DNA from: Reyranella sp.
GTDB lineage: Bacteria > Pseudomonadota > Alphaproteobacteria > Reyranellales > Reyranellaceae
Length of the DNA stretch: 40,506 nucleotides
Direction: 5' to 3'
Assembly (NCBI GenBank): GCA_044377795.1
Contig: JBILYJ010000001.1
Span: 1 to 40,506 of the forward strand
The number at the start of each line of letters is the position of its first letter. The stretch's first letter is position 1. Positions 9,501 through 18,422 of this stretch are shown here, one piece after another. The notes beneath the pieces are model-generated. The model was not told where the DNA came from and ran no database searches. It was given only the letters and a program-made list of their open reading frames with translations. The position numbers and the translations under genes are program-made.

Positions 9501-10600
9501 CAGAAATTCGCGGCTTCGAGCGCCGGCGCCCAGTCGGCCGCCCGGCTCGGGGCCATCTTGATCGCCTTGTCGAGCTGGTCGCGGGCGTCGGCGAACCGCT
9601 CCTGGCGCAGTCGTACGATACCGATGCCGGCAACCGCGTCGACGTTTGTGGGGTCGGCCTGCAGGACGCCCTCGAAGCGCGCCACGGCCTGGTCGTTCAG
9701 ACCCTGGTCCGAGAGCCGATAGGCTTCGGCCAGGGCGGCCCCCAGCGGGTCCTGCCGCACCGGTTTTTGAGCGTCCATGAGCTTGTCACGCACCACCGTG
9801 TCGCCAGGGAAGCGTTGCAGATAGGAGTCGAAGAACGGCTTGTCCTGTGGCCCGACCGTGAGCCACAGCATGGCCTGGCGCATTGCCTCGAACGAGGCCT
9901 GGCCCACCGCCGGGTCGCTGGCAAGTTCGGCCAACAGGACAATGCCTTCGCGCCTTGTCTGCTCGTTGTAGGTGAGGATGCGGGCGTAGGTGAACTTGGT
10001 CCGTGAAGTCGCATAGCTGCGCTCAGCCAGGGCCTTGAGCCGGATCCTCGCCTCGTCCCAGCCGGCCCCGGTTCCCGCCAGCGTCTCATAATACTCGACG
10101 GCGAGATCGAAGGGTGGCGGCCCACTCCGGAAGGCCCTCTGATACTGCGCGATCGCGCGATCGTAGGCGCCGGCCGCGGCCAGCCGGCGGGCTTCGGCCA
10201 GGGCCACCTCGTCGGTCTGGCCCAGCGCCATCGCGCGTTCGAGTTCCGCCGCGCGCGCATCGTTCGGGTCGATCTGGCGCAGGCGCTGGATCGTGGCGCG
10301 GACCTGATCGAAGCGCTGGCTCTGCAGTTCGATCGAGCCTAGCTGGAACAGCGCCTCCGTATTGTCCGGCTGGCTTTCCAGGATCTTTCGAAGTGATTGG
10401 GCGGCGAGGTCGGGACGGTTGCGCTCGCGCCACATCGACGCCTGCTCGAACAGGAGGCCGTAGATCGACGATGACGACGGATCGGCCGTCGTCGGCGGCG
10501 GCGCCGCCCACCCCGGACTCGAGGCGGACAGGACGACGACCGCGCTGGCAAGAACGCTCTTGATAGCCCCGCCAAGCTCCGATCGCTTCGACCTTGCCAT
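6518..10600 (-). CDS. bcsC: Cellulose export protein BcsC (TPR + outer-membrane beta-barrel)
   Basis: Signal peptide and TPR repeats, then a C-terminal barrel with RSGESGL, DVGSTPLGF, RRSVTDSVLSYAG and FTYGQGGYFSPQ. ATG 10600 preferred. Confidence 0.92.
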   Translation of the reverse strand: MARSKRSELGGAIKSVLASAVVVLSASSPGWAAPPPTTADPSSSSIYGLLFEQASMWRERNRPDLAAQSLRKILESQPDNTEALFQLGSIELQSQRFDQVRATIQRLRQIDPNDARAAELERAMALGQTDEVALAEARRLAAAGAYDRAIAQYQRAFRSGPPPFDLAVEYYETLAGTGAGWDEARIRLKALAERSYATSRTKFTYARILTYNEQTRREGIVLLAELASDPAVGQASFEAMRQAMLWLTVGPQDKPFFDSYLQRFPGDTVVRDKLMDAQKPVRQDPLGAALAEAYRLSDQGLNDQAVARFEGVLQADPTNVDAVAGIGIVRLRQERFADARDQLDKAIKMAPSRAADWAPALEAANFWLSYREAVALRDRGDLTQAEKLVRPLADHAGTPKERGTAQALMGDLLRRQGKQREAESYLRDALSRDPGNKEAQAGLYQVLTAQGRDTRSEPLLANLDPSVRTRIQSDGTQEAAQRLRVQAAGLERSQPERAEQLYREAMRLDPSSPWIRYDLAKLLARQGKVAEAQPLIDELVASGRPESLYAAAVYYSEQSRTGEAVALLDRIPVNQRSARMNTLRNDLRNAGDTDQLIAAAKAGDAGARATLAARANAPSATPSQQANAALALAKIGDRAQAMAVVRRLAARKDLSADTLRTMFYAASEAGQDAEASTLLARISKNTGGRDVANLQESLAIQQADRLRTQKNLTAAYDVLLPYVSGPSPSVGARLALARVYKDSNFGEQAIQVLDGIMVSSPADADTLQQAVNIAIDLRRYERADVWLAEALRLQPQNPRLYMVQARLLRAQGDSTGAKRALETAQQLNRGLGQTELLPVPSPASVDNAPIQRAAVVSPGNTGARAPEAASLRPSAGSAEAEFMAEFERRVAAKKASVTSTDGAPSRADVMSLDRPSLATPAVLTAQAGPVRAAPPVQVAQNPLVPLRRPGGESSANTSVTAMTPPPLPGTPGAPSGSMSDNDPLSREIERELNSLKKSTAIIVEGGIGFRGRSGESGLGRINEINVPVKARIPVGNAALVPTIMPVTINAGTIGGDLSTLQRYGANAIAGLAGGLQPNNAQATGIAFGMGLDWGRLTFDVGSTPLGFPLTTIVGGIAWNQPLGDKMNLKIEASRRSVTDSVLSYAGVTDPITGLTWGGVTRNGGEAIISYDDQTLGIYSKFAYGYYMGTNVASNQSYEFTAGAYFRPIKDENQELKVGISATYLSYDQNYSYFTYGQGGYFSPQSFYSLTFPIDWTETSGKFTYSAGATLGVQSIQQSSSLFFPTNYYFQNAANILASSGAAAFAPIFPAQSNTGIAFGLRLGFEYAATERTSIGAKANFDNAYQYDQGTILLFLKSSFN

Positions 10601-10616
10601 AGGCCCCCAAACTCGA

Positions 10617-13313
10617 TCAGCTTCCGTCCGACGACGGCCGGGAAAGAAGCCGGTTAGCCCTGTTCGCCGAGAATCGCTCGATCGCCACGGCAAGCACCAA
10701 TATAACACAAATCAAGCAAATGAATGCAGCAAGTTCAAAAGACCCGGCAAGCCATTGAATTCGCCACCAGATTGGAAGTCCGCCCACGAATTTCCTGATT
10801 CCTGAGGTGTAGAACTCGCCCTTACTGCCTGCCAGATAATAGAAATCGCCCTGGACGTTGGTCGCCCGCTCCGGATCGCCGAGATGATTGCTCAGATCCA
10901 CCAGGGATGCCGGCTGACTACCGCCGACCATGACCACCAGCCGGCTGTCGTTGAGCGGCGACCAGAAGCTGGAAAGGAAACCGTAGGGCTTGCCGAGGTT
11001 GGCCTTGGCGAGTTCCGGGGCGGCGCCGCGATAGTAGGGCGCGCGCGGATCGGTCGGCTGGAATTGGCGCTGCAGGAAGGAGAGCCCGGGCGCGGCCGTC
11101 ACGGCGGTCGGCGTGATATGGACCGAGTTGTGGGCCTCCCACTGCTTCAGCAGTGGCTGGTTCGACGGCAACCCGATCACGATCAGGTCCCGGTCGGCCA
11201 CCTGTTCGACCTTCGCGGCATCGACCACCACATAGCGGCTCGGCGGCACGCCCGTGGCATCCGCCATCATGCCCAGCAGGTTCAGAAGCGCCTGCACCTC
11301 CTGCGGTGACGCGGTCTCCGGCATCACGAACGCGGTGGTCGCGAGGTCGGCATGGCGGGTGAAGGGAAATCCGGCATTGGCGAACAGCGCCAGGTTGGGG
11401 AAAGCGGCGAAATGGGCGACGCGACTGAGGTCGATCGTCGAGTCGGGGTCGATGCCGGTACGATCGCTCCAGTCGAGCATTCCGCAATCGGCGTCCGCCT
11501 TTGCCCGCAGCTCGAACAGGAAATCGAGCTGGTTCTGGCTGGCGAGCTGGAAGCCCGGAAGCAGCACCTGGCTGACGCGATCCTCGGCCCGTCCCGGGAA
11601 CAGCCATTCCTTAAGCCGCGACAGCACCTTCAGCTTGGGTTCGAGGGGAATCTCGCCGACGGTGCGCTGGTTGAGGTCGACGAAGACGCGCGAATTGCCG
11701 GGATCGACCCAGCTGTCGTCGGCACGACGGATATGCACGTACATCTTGCCGCCCGACAGGGCGCCAAAGAACAGGTCGGGCGCCGTGCGGAACGACACCT
11801 TGGGCGTGTCGAGGAGCCGGCGGCCGTTGATGGCCCCGCCGCCGGCCAGTTCGCCGAGACGCACCGGCCGATCGCTCGGAATCCATTTCGGCGCGTCGTA
11901 CGGGCGCCGCGGCTCCGGCAGCGGCTCGCTGGCGGCCGACCAGCCGCCGCTCAGGCGCGATGTCGAGGTCGCCAGCGTCCCCGCGGCCGCCTGCAGCTGC
12001 CCGGCGTCGTCGCCGATGACCAGCAGGAGCTTGCTGTCGACCTGGGCAGGATTGGCAACCACCGCGACACGCGGTCCTTCGCCCGGAATGGCCGCGACAC
12101 CGGGCGGATAGTTGCCGCCCGCCACCAGGACGACGGCGCTGCCGGCCGGCAAGCCGGTATACTGCACGGGGAACGTGGCACCCTTGTTGCCGGCGACCAG
12201 ACCGAAATAACCGGCCACCATGCCGGCCGCCTGCATCACGCCGGGGTCGGGATCGGGCGGCAGCACGAAGGGCAGGTTGAGAGGCAGCGGATCCTTGGGA
12301 TCGGCGAAAGGCCGCGGCAGCAATGCCAGGTCGTCGGCGATCGGCAGCCGCGTCGTGCTGAGATAGATGAAGGTCGCCGGCTCGATGTTCACCCAGATCG
12401 CCCTGTCGCGATCGAGCGTACAGGCCTTGGCCCCCTGCCCCTTGAGCGTAAAGCGGAAATGCAGGCGGTTGTCGGTCGACAGCAACGCCGGCGTGAAGGT
12501 GAACTCGGCGCGCGCCTTCGGTCCGCTCGCCTTGCCCAGCGCGACCGAGCCGATCGGCTCGTTGTTGAGGAACACCTGGAGCACGCCGTCCTCGCGGGCG
12601 ACGGCGTTGGAATAGCTGAAGATGAGGCTGATTCGCGCCGCGAGGAAGGCATCGTCCTGGCGGGTCGTGAAGACAATGCCGGTTTCGGCTGTGGCCCCTT
12701 CGAGATGAAGCGCCCTGCTCCGCAGGTCGCTCAGCCGGATCAGCTGGCTGCGACCATCTGCGGTCCCGGTGAACATCGGATAGTTCGCCATCGGAAGCGG
12801 CGAAGGGGTCGGCAATATGTCGGGCCGGTTTGCACCGGGCGGAGGGACAGGCGTCGTCGTTACGGTGGGAGCCACGGGCGGAGCCGGCGCTGGAGTCGGC
12901 GCCGGCACGACGGGTGGGAGAGCCTGGGATGGCGGCGGCCGCGGCGCCCCGGCCGGCACCGGGCTGCCGGACGGAGGGATCGTCGGCGGCACGATGGGGG
13001 TTGCCACGTTCGCGGGCGGCATCGGCGTGGTCGTTGGCAATGGCGCCTGCAGCCGCGGACTTTGCGGTTCCGGGGGTGGAATGATGGCGACGCCCGACGG
13101 AATGGACGGCAGGCTGGACGGCAGTTCGAACTTCGGCGGGACCTGCGTCGGCTGCGTGAGCTGGACCGCCGGGCTGTTGGCCTGCGGCGGGAAGAAGGTC
13201 ATCGGTGGCGAGCCGGCCCCCGTCCGCGGGGCAGGATCCTGTTGTGCCACCGCAGGAGCAATGATCGTGAGAGCCAGAACCATCGCGGCGCGACGGACCG
13301 CTGCCGACCTCAC
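10617..13313 (-). CDS. bcsB: Cellulose synthase regulatory subunit BcsB with Pro-rich N-terminal extension
   Basis: DLALLPRPF, PYDAPKWI and PNLALFANAGFPFTRHADL, plus a C-terminal TM anchor. GTG start overlaps the bcsA stop. Confidence 0.9.
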   Translation of the reverse strand: MRSAAVRRAAMVLALTIIAPAVAQQDPAPRTGAGSPPMTFFPPQANSPAVQLTQPTQVPPKFELPSSLPSIPSGVAIIPPPEPQSPRLQAPLPTTTPMPPANVATPIVPPTIPPSGSPVPAGAPRPPPSQALPPVVPAPTPAPAPPVAPTVTTTPVPPPGANRPDILPTPSPLPMANYPMFTGTADGRSQLIRLSDLRSRALHLEGATAETGIVFTTRQDDAFLAARISLIFSYSNAVAREDGVLQVFLNNEPIGSVALGKASGPKARAEFTFTPALLSTDNRLHFRFTLKGQGAKACTLDRDRAIWVNIEPATFIYLSTTRLPIADDLALLPRPFADPKDPLPLNLPFVLPPDPDPGVMQAAGMVAGYFGLVAGNKGATFPVQYTGLPAGSAVVLVAGGNYPPGVAAIPGEGPRVAVVANPAQVDSKLLLVIGDDAGQLQAAAGTLATSTSRLSGGWSAASEPLPEPRRPYDAPKWIPSDRPVRLGELAGGGAINGRRLLDTPKVSFRTAPDLFFGALSGGKMYVHIRRADDSWVDPGNSRVFVDLNQRTVGEIPLEPKLKVLSRLKEWLFPGRAEDRVSQVLLPGFQLASQNQLDFLFELRAKADADCGMLDWSDRTGIDPDSTIDLSRVAHFAAFPNLALFANAGFPFTRHADLATTAFVMPETASPQEVQALLNLLGMMADATGVPPSRYVVVDAAKVEQVADRDLIVIGLPSNQPLLKQWEAHNSVHITPTAVTAAPGLSFLQRQFQPTDPRAPYYRGAAPELAKANLGKPYGFLSSFWSPLNDSRLVVMVGGSQPASLVDLSNHLGDPERATNVQGDFYYLAGSKGEFYTSGIRKFVGGLPIWWRIQWLAGSFELAAFICLICVILVLAVAIERFSANRANRLLSRPSSDGS

Positions 13314-15475
13314 GTCGGCCTCGGCGCCGCCGGTAGCGGTTGCTGCACGGGCTCCCGGGGCCGGCGGAGATTGCGGGCCGCCATGCCGGCCAGACCGCGG
13401 ATGGCGCCGGAGAGATCGATCAGCGACTTGCCGACGGTGTCAGGCGGCCGGTCGTCCCAGTTGAGCCAGGCATCGGCGCGGCCGAACACGGCACTGACGA
13501 TCGTGCGCTCTTCCTCGAGGTTCGTCGGCATGAATTCGAGCCGCACCTCACGGCCGTTGACGGCAACGACCCGGGCCGGCACTGCGGAGATGTCCTCGAT
13601 CTGCTCGAAGTTGATGACGACTTCCTCGTTCACCGTCACGTCGGTCGCGAGGTCGTCCATCCGCAGCAGGCCGCCGCCGAGGGAGAGATCCTCGGTGCGC
13701 CCCATCAGCGAGCGCCTTCCGTCGAAATAGAGCGCGATCGGCTGCCGGCTGCGGACGCGCGGCTGGGCCCTCACCTGCCGCCGTTCGCGGCCGACCGCGA
13801 GGGCCGCGAACACGGTGAAGGCGCTGTAGAAGCACCAGAACAGGTTCATCCAGAGCACCGGCGCGTCGCCCGGGAACAGCTCGGTGAAGAGAAGCCGGTA
13901 GAAGCCGACGCCGATCGCCGCCAGCAGCACCACGGCCAGGATCATCAGCGGCCGCATGATCGGCGTATCGTAGAGTTCCTTCTCCAGCACACCGCCCTTG
14001 CTGGTGACGTTGAAGCTGCCGGCCTTGGGATTGATCAGTGCCAGCAGCGTCGGCCCCATGATGTGGAACAGCAGCACGTTGTCGTAGATCTCACCCCAGA
14101 AGGAATAGCGAAAACGCCCGTCGAGCCGCGACTGCGTCGCCAGGGTGTGGAACAGGTGCGGTCCGGCATAGGCCATGACCATCAGGGCGCTCGCCACGAT
14201 GATGTTCTGGGACGTCACCAGATAGGCCACAGGCGCCGTCAGGAAGACGAAACGCGGCACCGGAAACAGGAAGTACATCATCGCATTGAGGTAACAGATG
14301 CGCTGACCGAAGCTCAGGCCCCGCCCGAGCAGCGGATTGTCGGTGCGGAAGATCTGGATCATGCCGCGCGCCCAGCGCATCCGCTGGCCGATATGGATCG
14401 AAAGCCGCTCGGTCGCCAGGCCGGCGGCCAGCGGCCACCGCAGATAGGCCGTGTTCCAGCCCTTGCGATGCATGCGCAGCGACGTATGGGCATCCTCGGT
14501 CACGGTCTCGACGGCGATGCCACCCACCTCGTCGAGCGCCTCGCGGTTCAGCACAGCACACGAGCCGCAGAAGAAGGTCGCGTTCCAGAAGTCGTTGCCG
14601 GGCTGGAGCAGGCCGTAGAAGAGCTGGCCTTCGTTGGGCACCCGGCCGAAGGTGCCGAGATTGCGCTCGAACGGATCGGGCGAATAGAAGTGATGCGGCG
14701 TCTGCAGCATCCCGAGCTTGCGGTCGCGCAGGAACCAGCCGACGGTCATCTGCAGGAACGCGCGCGTCGGGATATGGTCGCAGTCGAAGATGGCGATCAG
14801 CTTGCCCTTGGTGATCGTCAGGGCGTGATTGATGTTGCCGGCCTTGGCGTGCTCGTTGCTAGGCCGGATCAGGTAGCCACAGCCCGCCTCCTCGGCAAAG
14901 CGCTTGAACTCCGGCCGACGTCCGTCGTCGAGGATGTAAACCTTGAACTTGTCGGCGGGGTAATCCATGACCATCGCCGCCAGCACGGTCGGCTTCACGA
15001 CGTCGAGGCTTTCGTTGTAGGTCGGGATATAGACGTCGACCGTCGGCCATTCCTGGACATCGGCAGGCAGCGGCGCCGGCTGGCGGTCGAGCGGCCACAG
15101 GACCTGGAAGTAGCCGATCATCAGGACGATCCACGCATAGACCTCGGCGGCGTAGAGGCCGTAGCCGAACATCATGTCGAACGGGTCGACGAAGCCCAGC
15201 GTCTCGGTCGTTCGCCACCACAGGTACCGGGTCGACACGAGAGCCGACAGCACGACGATGATCAGGGTCGCCATGCGACTCTTGAAACGGTTCACGAGCA
15301 GAAAGATGAAGGCCGTGAAGACCGCGAAGATGGCCTGCGTCTGCAGATCGAACGGCGTGATGATGACGAAGGCCGCCGGCCCCAGGGCTACGATCCCGAC
15401 AAACAGGTAGAAAAGCCTCGTGCCCAGCGGAACGCGCCGGTTCGGGGTTGGCTCGACGGTGCTGAGGAAGGTCAT
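13310..15475 (-). CDS. bcsA: Cellulose synthase catalytic subunit BcsA (GT2 + PilZ)
   Basis: DDG, HAKAGN, DCD, QTPH, FFCGS, TED and QRMRW motifs. PilZ motifs RAQPR and DLSLGG. Confidence 0.97.
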   Translation of the reverse strand: MTFLSTVEPTPNRRVPLGTRLFYLFVGIVALGPAAFVIITPFDLQTQAIFAVFTAFIFLLVNRFKSRMATLIIVVLSALVSTRYLWWRTTETLGFVDPFDMMFGYGLYAAEVYAWIVLMIGYFQVLWPLDRQPAPLPADVQEWPTVDVYIPTYNESLDVVKPTVLAAMVMDYPADKFKVYILDDGRRPEFKRFAEEAGCGYLIRPSNEHAKAGNINHALTITKGKLIAIFDCDHIPTRAFLQMTVGWFLRDRKLGMLQTPHHFYSPDPFERNLGTFGRVPNEGQLFYGLLQPGNDFWNATFFCGSCAVLNREALDEVGGIAVETVTEDAHTSLRMHRKGWNTAYLRWPLAAGLATERLSIHIGQRMRWARGMIQIFRTDNPLLGRGLSFGQRICYLNAMMYFLFPVPRFVFLTAPVAYLVTSQNIIVASALMVMAYAGPHLFHTLATQSRLDGRFRYSFWGEIYDNVLLFHIMGPTLLALINPKAGSFNVTSKGGVLEKELYDTPIMRPLMILAVVLLAAIGVGFYRLLFTELFPGDAPVLWMNLFWCFYSAFTVFAALAVGRERRQVRAQPRVRSRQPIALYFDGRRSLMGRTEDLSLGGGLLRMDDLATDVTVNEEVVINFEQIEDISAVPARVVAVNGREVRLEFMPTNLEEERTIVSAVFGRADAWLNWDDRPPDTVGKSLIDLSGAIRGLAGMAARNLRRPREPVQQPLPAAPRPT

Positions 15476-16248
15476 CGCTGTCCGGGTTCCATGCCGTCGA
15501 GAAGCAGTCCCTGCACCGAAGCGGCCAGTCCCCGCACATCGGCCGCCGCCTTGCTGGTCGGCGCGCGATCGACCACGAGTTGCTGATGCGCCACGGCCTC
15601 GCCGAAGCTGTCGTCGTAATTCACGATGCCGATCATCGCCTGCCCCAGCCTGCGCCGGAGCAGGGCGATCACGTCGCGCGTCAGCTTGCGGCGCATGTCG
15701 ACGAGGTTGAAGACGTAACGCACCTGACGGCCGGATCCTTCCGGCACACGCCCGAGAAAACTCTGCGATTCGACCGTCGACAGCAGCGACACGGAGGTGG
15801 CATCGGCCTGCAGCACGACGATGTCGAGCGTCGAGATCTGACGCGTCTGATCGAGGAAGACCGAGGGCCCCGGCGGCGTATCGACGACCACGACGAAGCC
15901 CCGCTCGATGAAGGGGGCAAGCGTGTTCGCGAGCCAGTTCTCGTTGCGCGCCAGATGGTCCGTCACGGCATGAAGCTGCGCCCCGTTGACCTGCCCGAAC
16001 GGCAGGACGAGGAGATTGGCACCGCCCGGCAGGACACCCTCGCGAACCGAGCGCCCATAGACGAGGCAGTGCGCCCAGCCACGATCATCAGCAAGCTGGA
16101 TGCCGGCGTGCAGGCGCATCGAGTTCTGGACGTCGAGATCGACGACGAGGACCCGCAGACCGGAACGGGCCAGCACGCCAGCGATGTTGATGCTGAGAGA
16201 GGTCTTGCCCACGCCGCCCTTGGGTGAACAAAAACAGACGACCGACAT
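15472..16248 (-). CDS. bcsQ: BcsQ, MinD/ParA-like ATPase
   Basis: MSVVCFCSPKGGVGKT deviant Walker A, VDLDVQN, DTPPG. ATG 16248 overlaps the upstream stop (TAATG). Confidence 0.9.
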   Translation of the reverse strand: MSVVCFCSPKGGVGKTSLSINIAGVLARSGLRVLVVDLDVQNSMRLHAGIQLADDRGWAHCLVYGRSVREGVLPGGANLLVLPFGQVNGAQLHAVTDHLARNENWLANTLAPFIERGFVVVVDTPPGPSVFLDQTRQISTLDIVVLQADATSVSLLSTVESQSFLGRVPEGSGRQVRYVFNLVDMRRKLTRDVIALLRRRLGQAMIGIVNYDDSFGEAVAHQQLVVDRAPTSKAAADVRGLAASVQGLLLDGMEPGQR

Positions 16249-16688
16249 TAACGTGCCAGTCGGTCGAAGAGTCCATTCAGGCCACCGGTAGAGGGCGGCT
16301 GCACCGCCTGGCCGACCGGCTGGCTGATGATGCGACGAATGTCGGCCAAGGTCCTGTGAGGTCCGCGCGCCTCCGGCGCGGAGGACCGCCCAGCGGCCGC
16401 GGCATGCTGGAACGCCTCGTTCCGCCATGCTCCGCGTTCGGCGGGCCGCACCTCGCCGATGCCCGGCGAACGGTCGAAGACGTCGGCCAACAGGTCGTTT
16501 CCCGATGTCGCCCCGACCGCGAGCGGCATTTCCTGCCGCTCGGACAGGGGCGGATCCTTGCCGAAGATGGCATCTATCAAGGGTGCCGACATTTGATCCG
16601 TCGTGCTGTCGAATTCGCGATAGGGCGTGCCGGTACGGCCTGTTGCACTCAGGAGATGGGCGACATCGTCGTTGTTCTTGATGGCCAT
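16248..16688 (-). CDS. bcsP: BcsP/BcsR-like cellulose biosynthesis accessory protein
   Basis: N-terminal NDDVAHLL...YREF and C-terminal LNGLFDRL resemble BcsP. Translationally coupled upstream of bcsQ. Confidence 0.6.
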   Translation of the reverse strand: MAIKNNDDVAHLLSATGRTGTPYREFDSTTDQMSAPLIDAIFGKDPPLSERQEMPLAVGATSGNDLLADVFDRSPGIGEVRPAERGAWRNEAFQHAAAAGRSSAPEARGPHRTLADIRRIISQPVGQAVQPPSTGGLNGLFDRLAR

Positions 16689-16900
16689 GTCCGTACTCCA
16701 CCCACCATGTCTGATACACTATCGGTCGCGGCCCGTCATCTCTGCACGCACAATATAAGCTATCAAAATGTCAGGGTTAGCGCCCGCTTTTCATCCAGCA
16801 GATCCGTCACCGATCTGCAACTCACTGAGATGTCCGAGATCGAATGCACCCCCCCCGGTCACGGGCTTGCAGGCCGCATCGGCCCTGCGGCGCGGATATG

Positions 16901-16931
16901 AAAAAGCCGGCGACCAGGGCGGCCGCCGGCT
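16901..16931 (-). terminator. Intrinsic terminator of the aminotransferase gene
   Basis: Minus strand AGCCGGCG-N11-CGCCGGCT followed by TTTT, about 30 bp after the stop at 16960. Confidence 0.75.
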
Positions 16932-16959
16932 GCTTTCAGGATCGGTTTAGGCTGAAGTT

Positions 16960-18288
16960 CTAGGCGACGGCCTTGATCGTCTTGGCGGTGATCTCGACGA
17001 TCTCGTCGATCTGGGCCTTCTCGATGATCAGCGGCGGCGACATGGCGATGGCGTCGCCGGACTGGCGCACCATCAGGCCGAGCTCGAACGCCTTCGAGAA
17101 GGCCTTGTAGCCGCGCGTGCCGACGGAGCCTTCCGGCGCCAGGTCGATCCCGCAGGCCATGCCGAGATTGCGGATGTCGGTGACGTTCGGCAGGCCCTTC
17201 AGCGAATGGATGCCTTCCTCCCAATAGGGCGCAAGGTCGGCAGCCCGCGCGAACAGCTCCTCGTCGCGATAGATGTCGAGCACCGCCGACGCCGCCGCGC
17301 AGGCCAGCGGATGCGCCGAGTAGGTGTAGCCGTGGAAAAGGTCGATCGCATTCTCCGGCCCGTTCATCAGGCCGTCGAAGACGTGCTTGCGCACGAAGAC
17401 GCCGCCCATCGGCACCGTGGCGTTGGAGATGCCCTTGGCCACCGTCATCAGGTCGGGGATCACGCCGAACTTCTCGGCGGCGAAGCTGCTGCCGAGGCGA
17501 CCGAAGCCGGTGATGACCTCGTCGAAGATCAGCAGGATGCCGTGCTTGTCGCAGATCTCGCGCAGCCGCTTCAGGTAGCCCTTCGGCGGCGGCAGGAAGC
17601 CCGTGGAACCGGCGCACGGCTCGACGATGACGGCGGCGATGTTGGACGCGTCGTGCAGACCCACGATGCCCTCGAGCGCATTGGCCAGGTGCGCGCCGTT
17701 CTCCGGCTCGCCCTTCGAGAAGGCGTTCTCCGGCAGGTGCGTGTGCGGCAGGTGATCGACGCCCGGCAGCATCGCGCCGAACCACTTGCGATTGTTCACC
17801 ATGCCGCCGACCGAGATGCCACCGAAGCCGACGCCGTGATAGCCGCGCTCGCGGCCCACGAAGCGGGTGCGCGTGCCCTGGCCGTTGGCGCGGTGGTAGG
17901 CCAGCGCGATCTTCAGCGCGCTGTCGACCGCCTCGGAGCCGGAGTTGCAGTAGAAGGCATGGTTCAGGTCGCCCGGCAGAAGGGCGGCATGCCGCGCCGC
18001 CAGTTCGAACGCCTTGGGATGGCCCATCTGGAACGACGGTGCATAGTCCATCTCGTCAAGCTGCTTGGCGATCGCCGCCTTGATTTCCTCGCGGCCATGG
18101 CCGGCATTGACGCACCACAGGCCCGCCGTGCCGTCGATGATCTGGCGCCCCTCCGGCGTCCAGTAATGGACACCCTTCGCCCGGGCCAGCATGCGCGGAT
18201 TCTTCTTGAACTGCCGGTTCGCCGTGAACGGCATGAAGAACGCTTCAAGATTGTTCGCGGCAGGCGCGCTGTTTGACGACATCCCCAT
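16960..18288 (-). CDS. Class III omega-amino acid:pyruvate aminotransferase (beta-alanine/BauA-like)
   Basis: MPFTANRQFKKNPR, NSGSEAVDSALK, IFDEVITGFGRLG, PLP-lysine in TVAKG, HGYTYSAHP. Confidence 0.9.
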   Translation of the reverse strand: MGMSSNSAPAANNLEAFFMPFTANRQFKKNPRMLARAKGVHYWTPEGRQIIDGTAGLWCVNAGHGREEIKAAIAKQLDEMDYAPSFQMGHPKAFELAARHAALLPGDLNHAFYCNSGSEAVDSALKIALAYHRANGQGTRTRFVGRERGYHGVGFGGISVGGMVNNRKWFGAMLPGVDHLPHTHLPENAFSKGEPENGAHLANALEGIVGLHDASNIAAVIVEPCAGSTGFLPPPKGYLKRLREICDKHGILLIFDEVITGFGRLGSSFAAEKFGVIPDLMTVAKGISNATVPMGGVFVRKHVFDGLMNGPENAIDLFHGYTYSAHPLACAAASAVLDIYRDEELFARAADLAPYWEEGIHSLKGLPNVTDIRNLGMACGIDLAPEGSVGTRGYKAFSKAFELGLMVRQSGDAIAMSPPLIIEKAQIDEIVEITAKTIKAVA

Positions 18289-18309
18289 ACTCCTCTGAAT
18301 TCCGGAACC

Positions 18310-18411
18310 CTATACTGAACCGCTTTCTATCCAGAACAAGATGATATCTGCCAACGGCTAGGTTGCAGTAATCTGCGCACAAACGACCTGACCCGCTCAC
18401 TATACTGAACA
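18310..18411. promoter_or_regulatory. Probable PuuR/PauR-type operators in the divergent promoter region
   Basis: CTATACTGAAC occurs at 18310-18320 and 18400-18410. The second copy lies in the imperfect palindrome GCTCAC-TATA-CTGAAC. Confidence 0.5.
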
Positions 18412-18422
18412 CAGTAAGCACC

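Noticed and set aside
15472-16719. 415-aa extended BcsQ and other long N-terminal ORF-track extensions (bcsZ 6240, algL 24210, oxidoreductase 21578, cupin 32821)
   Set aside because: The extensions overlap upstream genes or promoters, and downstream starts give coupled junctions, RBSs and proper signal peptides.
16689-16900. LuxO boxes or a c-di-GMP riboswitch upstream of the bcs operon
   Set aside because: Only isolated TGCA half-sites were found and no riboswitch consensus was recognisable by eye. A covariance-model search would be needed to exclude one.
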